From contig CDMY01000613.1 in NCBI GenBank assembly GCA_001179505.1, positions 124,001 through 188,000 on the forward strand: a stretch of 64,000 nt of DNA, read 5' to 3'. Shown here in pieces: positions 60,472-64,000 of the stretch (position 1 is its first letter; each line of letters begins with the position of its first letter). Under the pieces are notes generated by a model. It was not told where the DNA came from. It ran no database searches and saw nothing but the letters and a program-made list of their open reading frames with translations. This DNA is from Vitrella brassicaformis CCMP3155. Its lineage: Eukaryota > Protista > Chromerida. The position numbers were made by a program, and so were the translations under genes.

Positions 60472-61707
60472 TCATCCGTAGATCCTCTGCACCTTGCCCA
60501 TGCTGCTCTTGAGGTTCAGCGACTTGACGTTGTTCCAGTTCTTCTTAAGCAGCGACACCTGCACACACACACACAACAAAGGAAAGCCGTTAACTACGGC
60601 GATTTGCGGCCGAGCCTTGCTCGTTGACTGACCAGGAAGTTGATTGCCAGCAGGCAGTTCTGTCGCAGTTCGTCCTCGGACATCTCGACATGACCCACAG
60701 CAACACCGAGGCACAACACCTGCACACACAGACACACACACAGCACTCCATCCACTCGGTGTCTGCCCCCTGCTGGCTGGCTGGCTGGCTGACTGACTGA
60801 CCTTCTTCAGCTGGAACTTGACGTTGCATTTGATTTCGGTGATTTTGTCCTCGATCTTGTCGCTGTGTGTGATGAGCGAAGGGAACTTGCCCGCCTTGTT
60901 CAGGCCGGGACCCAGCAGACGGGGGATCTGCGGGATCAGCACCTGAGAGGCCAGGAAAGCGTCGTACTTCTGGGCTGCACACACACACAACACACAGAGA
61001 GAGTGAGAGAGGGAGAGGACAACACGGCAACATGATATCTGTCTGCAGCTGTTACTGTGTCTGGACTCCCCACCCCACAACGGTCACTCACCGAGTTTCT
61101 TGACGAGTTTCTTGTTCTTGTTGAGTTTCTTGAGTGCCTCGACGTCCATGAAGTCGACGCCCGCCTTGCCCGCCTGCTCGCAGTGCACAGCGTCGCCCAG
61201 GATGCACACCTTCATCCGCGGACGGGGCACATGCGGCAGCTTCACAGTGCCTACACACACACACACACACAGGAGACTCACACACGGCAGATCTTCCCTT
61301 TTCTTCTCGCCCTCCACCGAACTTACCGGCGAAACGTTTGTCCCTCTGCGTGTCATAGTCCTTGAGTCCGATTTGCAGGTCGACAGTCTCGACGAACTTG
61401 CGCTTCTTCTCCTCCGAGCCAGCCTTGATCTCCGTGATAGCCTTCTTCAGCGAGTCGGTGCTCAGCTTACTGCACACACACACACACACACACAGCCGGA
61501 CAGACGGACAAACGAAGGCAGAGGGACAGGGGGTGAATACGCGGCCACTCCTGCTCTCCCCAGGTAGCTATCCTCTCTCCTCTGACTGCCTCTGTCCTTC
61601 GGCACACGGCGGAGCCTCGAGAAGTCCTTTCTCGGCCGCGTGAGTGGAGATCTGCCCCCTTCCCCCCCTTCCTCACTGCATGTGTGTGCTGGCCATGCCC
61701 ACCTCAT
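60472..61707 (-). CDS. RPL10A: 60S ribosomal protein L10a (uL1)
   Basis: A 5-nt first exon (ATGAG, 61703-61707), then SKLSTDSL...[69 protein letters not shown] and [11 protein letters not shown]. Confidence 0.97.
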
Positions 61708-62213
61708 TTTCGTGGATGTTGTCTTCGCACTGCGAGCTTTGAATGGCAGCTTAGGGACCTGTGTAACTGAAGGCAGAGCGGTCTCTGCTATTTCGCCTCT
61801 TTGGCGCTTTTGCGCGCGGTGGATGCCTGTGCATCGCTCTTTGTGAGTGTGTGTCTACTGGAGTGTTCCTGGGAGGGACTGGTCTGGGTCTGTACGTGTT
61901 CTGCCCTTTTCTTGAGGCGCGGGTACGACAAGGCCTTTAGCACCCCCCTGATAACAAGATACAGCGGACCACCAAGAGGCGATCGGTAACAGCTGCCGTC
62001 GACTGCCACGAGCGGGGCGGCGTCCGTCAGCAAGAGTCAAGACAGGACCAAGCCAAGCCAAGACAGCCGTATTCGAGACTGTCGGTTTCCACGGCCCGGC
62101 CATCGGATTGCGGTGCGTGCGGTCGTGTTGTGTGTCGCATCATCACCATCAGTGGTGCGCGCGGGAGTCTTCGCGGGGAAGACCAGTAGTGCATCATCAG
62201 CCCTATCATCGCT

Positions 62214-63060
62214 ATGGAGACCTTCCACCGGTCATCCACTCAGTGCCCTGACAGGCACTTCAGGAGGTACGCGGGAGGGAGGGATGGGGCAACAGAGAAG
62301 AGAGAGGCCGGAACGGGCCCTGCAAGGTCATGTCTCCCTTGCCCAATGTGCGCTGTGTGCTTCTTCCTCTGTGTGTGTGGTGTGTCTCTTGTCAGTTTGA
62401 TGTCCAAGCTATCGTTGTGTCCGCCTGTGTCATCTTCATCACCGGACCTAACACCGAAACGGACACACGGACATATGGTACGCCACCACAGACCCCACAC
62501 ACGCGCTTGCCGCTCGCACAATCCCTCCCCTGTTGTGTCTGCGTGTGTGGTGTGTGTGTCAGTCGAGTACCCCTCTTCGCCGTACCGTGTCGTCGTCATC
62601 TGGTCGCGTTGGCGTGAGTCCGTCCTCATCACACGTCAAGAAGGCGGTGAGCACATGACACAGATGGATGAAGGTGTGGTGTGACGGTGTGTGTGATGGT
62701 GTGTCATGTCAGCCGCATCCCGAGGAGGTGCCCGTGCCGGTGCTGCTGCTGCTGCCGTCGGCACTGTCCACCACCGACGGCTCGGCGGCCTCGTCCAGCC
62801 CCTGCAGGGACGAGGACAGCCTCTGCGGCCGATCCAGCGACGAATCATCGGCTTCAAGCACATGTTCTTCGGCGGTACGCCACACACACTGCACACACAC
62901 ACTGCACACACTGCGCATACGACACAGACAAGGGACGCACCCCATGTGTGTTGTGTGTTGTGTGGTGTGTGTGTAGGATTTTCGTCCCCGCAAGCCCATT
63001 CGTGCCCACCGGGCGCGGTTCACGAGAGGGCAGCGGGGCCGGTTCGCCCCCATGTCATAG
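62214..63060 (+). CDS. Small Ser-rich hypothetical protein, five exons (an alternative frame is also open)
   Basis: Four GT-AG introns with typical microsatellite content give METFHRSS...HFRS/LMSKLS...HM/SSTPLRR...KKA/PHPEEVP...SSA/DFRPRKP...PMS*. Confidence 0.5.
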
Positions 63061-64000
63061 CTTTGACATGTATATATCTGCCCACGTGTATGGCCATCGC
63101 AACCGCCGACTGACGCCCTGACAGACACCTGCTGGACAGACAGCCACGACGAATGGATCGATCGGGAGAGCGAGCGAGCGAGAGTGAGGGAGTGGATGGA
63201 TTGACCATCCGTCCATTCATTCAGTCATTCATTCATGGATCGGTCTGTCATCTTGATGGTCTATCTCTCTGCGCTGTGGGTGGTGGGTGATGATCTGTGT
63301 CAGTCGGCGACTGACCGATGGCCTGCATGTGTCTTGCATGGATTGGATGGGTGCGTCTGTGTGGGGTGGTGTGTTGTGCCGTTTCATGGGCTGGCTGGTG
63401 ATTTGTTATGTATGTTGGGGAGGGGGTATCTGATTGGGGGTTGGGGAGGGAGTGGTTGGTTGGTTGGTTGAGGGAGGGAGGGAGGGAGGGAGGAAGTAGC
63501 GGCGTAAGCTATGAGGCCTTACTGCGTTCGTTGGTCAACTGGTAGGTTGGCTGCCGTGCAGTGCTGTGCGTCTCTGCTGGAACCCTTCAGTCATGCAGAA
63601 GGAAAGAAAGCAAGCAAGAGAAAGAGAGAGAGAGAGATGGGGAGAGTGATGAAGAGGGATGGGGTGTAGCAAGGAGGAGCCAGTGATCTGTTGCCTTGCC
63701 GATTCTCTGCCTGCCTATGACAAGAACAAGAACAGCAGCCCACGACACATCGATCAGTGCCAACACACGAGTGGCCTGCCAGCCTGCCTGCCTGCCTGCC
63801 TCGCCGTCTCGTGTTGACTGTTTCGTGCCTGCATGCCTGCCACTCTGCCTTTCTGCCTCTGTGTGTGTGTATGTTATGGCCTCGCTGCCCGGTGATCGTG
63901 ATTCATCCATCCATCTCACTAGCCTGCCTGCCTGTTTCCCTCTTTCTTGATCGAAGTGTGTCTGCCTGCCTGCCTGCCTGGGGGACAGTTCTGACCCTCC

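Noticed and set aside
61472-61702. Possible intronic snoRNA in the long first intron of RPL10A
   Set aside because: No box C (RTGATGA)/D pair with a terminal stem and no convincing H/ACA layout by eye; an Infernal scan would be needed to exclude it fully.

Overview
Eukaryotic, GC-rich, very intron-dense genomic window. Microsatellite-filled introns, a plastid-type PGK with a bipartite leader, an apicomplexan-type HGPRT and a RAP-like protein point to a photosynthetic chromerid alveolate, most likely Vitrella brassicaformis (inference; no database search was run). About 23 spliced gene models can be built by hand. Recognisable genes are HPRT, PGK, NAA10 and RPL10A. Family-level calls are a kinase-LRR protein, a RING-H2 ligase, an RBR ligase, two TPR proteins (one fused to an Aha1-N-like domain), an OFA-type MFS transporter, an F-box-like protein, a MYND-finger protein and a RAP-like protein. 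There are three 300-N assembly gaps. The most unusual structure: (1) a head-to-head, near-palindromic pair of genes ending in apparently catalytically dead cyclophilin domains, with patchwork sequence identity (44.7-50.2 kb); (2) an inverted ~2.9 kb duplication of a divergent cyclin gene bracketing ~21.5 kb; (3) almost perfectly alternating gene orientation, with ten compact divergent pairs, several carrying telomere-like motifs; (4) introns polarised 5'-(AC)n...(GT)n-3', with many GC donors; (5) a 143-aa plastid-targeted microprotein and a small ORF broken by one in-frame TAA. No rRNA, tRNA, CRISPR or autonomous transposon is supported. Exon boundaries were derived by eye and need RNA-seq confirmation.
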